Shown here: piece after piece, positions 62,975-64,000 of the stretch
Numbering within the stretch: position 1 is the stretch's first letter
Layout of the letters: every line of letters starts with the position of its first letter
Translations under genes and position numbers: made by a program
From: Squalus acanthias
Taxonomy: Eukaryota
NCBI GenBank assembly: GCA_030390025.1
Contig: CM059431.1
Span: forward strand, 113,648,001 to 113,712,000
Direction: 5' to 3'
Length of the DNA stretch: 64,000 nucleotides
The notes under the pieces: generated by a model
The model's database searches: none
Told to the model about the DNA's origin: nothing
The model's input: only the letters and a program-made list of their open reading frames with translations

Positions 62975-63072
62975 CTAGAATCATAGAATCCTACAGCACA
63001 GAAGGAGGCCATTCGGCCCATTATGCCTGTGCCAGGTTTTTGAAAGAGCTGTCCAATTAGTCCCCCTGCTCT
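62975..63072 (-). repeat. CR1 3' tail
   Basis: (TAGAATCA)n, GGAGGCCATTCGGCCC. Confidence 0.75.
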
Positions 63073-63164
63073 AATGCTTACTTCGGCTTGCAGTCCTTGG
63101 AAAACGCAGTGAAAATGTTCTGATACATTATTTTCTTTCCAGTTGCCAATGGACAAAAAAAATT

Positions 63165-63923
63165 GGGCCAGAAATTAGGCACTTGCCGGGTGAGTACGCA
63201 CTGTGTACTCACCCGTAAGGCCTCCTGAAGTGCCGGTTTCCTGCATGCACTGCGCATGTGCGGGAAACCGGAACTTCCGGTTTCGTGAAGGGAGTGGTTC
63301 AGAGGTGAACCGCATGCACGGTAGAGGCTGCGCGCACGCAGCAAATTTAGTTTTTTTTCAGGTTTCTCCGTGAAGGTAAGTATTGAAGAAGCTGCGCTTT
63401 TAAAAAGGAGGCGCAAGACCTGTTTTTAACAAGGTAAGTGGTTAATTAATTACAATTTAAATTTTTTTTTAACAGGTTTATCTTTTTTAGATACTTTAAA
63501 GAAAGGTAAGTTTATTTTTAGCACTGTTAAAAAGTATTTTAATTTTGTCAAAAATTTTAATTTTTGTTTAAAGTAGTTAATTTATTTAACTTATAGTTAT
63601 TTTAAAAATGTGATAGTTTTTAAAAATTTATTTGAAGTTTAGGTGTTGTTTTGGGGCCGATTTCAATTCATAGATTTGACAGGTCTGTCAAATCTATGAA
63701 TGAAAGATGGTCTGCTGCCATTGGCTCTCCATGGCCCACGTGATCCCAGGGGACGCATTGCACTAACTACGCCCCTGGGATACACAAGCACTGAGCGCCG
63801 GCAGCTGCAGGAGGCCCAGGAGCTGAAGTCCCCGTGGGCCCAGAGGTCAACGGCAGCCGCGGTAGGTAGGTGTGCGCGCGAACATTGCACCCGCGGGAAG
63901 CCAGGGAGCCTAATTTCTGGGCC
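63165..63923. mobile_element. Harbinger-type MITE with AT-rich core
   Basis: 16-bp TIR GGSCCAGAAATTAGGC; 3-bp TSD ATT. Confidence 0.88.
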
Positions 63924-64000
63924 ATTGAATATTAAAATAACATTGCTTACTTAAATTAGGAAATTTTGCAGCACTGTTGTCTTTCTTAAGTTTGAGTAAT

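Overview
Vertebrate genomic DNA, almost certainly from a cartilaginous fish (HE1-type V-SINEs, SacSINE1-type DeuSINEs, CR1/L2 LINEs). It is made up largely of nested transposable elements, and no host protein-coding gene could be identified, so the window is probably intergenic or within a large intron. PIF/Harbinger DNA transposons dominate: three near-complete two-gene elements (3-exon Myb/SANT gene plus convergent HARBI1-type DDE nuclease, all decayed), two internally deleted copies, an ancient nuclease relic, and about 12 non-autonomous derivatives with GG(G)CY..AWTT-type TIRs and 3-bp TSDs. Also present: a young Penelope-like retroelement, Penelope-derived inverted hairpins, CR1, L2 and other LINE fragments, two related 1.3-1.45 kb solo LTRs, a 226-bp solo LTR, a pogo/Tigger MITE and a hAT MITE. 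Most notable: (1) three 5'-truncated LINEs each carry at their 5' junction a copy of DNA lying 0.6-0.85 kb away, suggesting local templated capture during integration; (2) an antisense tRNA-like cassette flush with the U5 end of both large LTRs; (3) minimal hammerhead ribozymes in the Penelope terminal repeats; (4) a conserved Met-rich coiled-coil / AT-hook-like / RRSTR C-terminus in the Harbinger Myb proteins; (5) promoter-like plus splice-donor cassettes carried by the MITEs. All coordinates were read by eye, so boundaries without a TSD are approximate.
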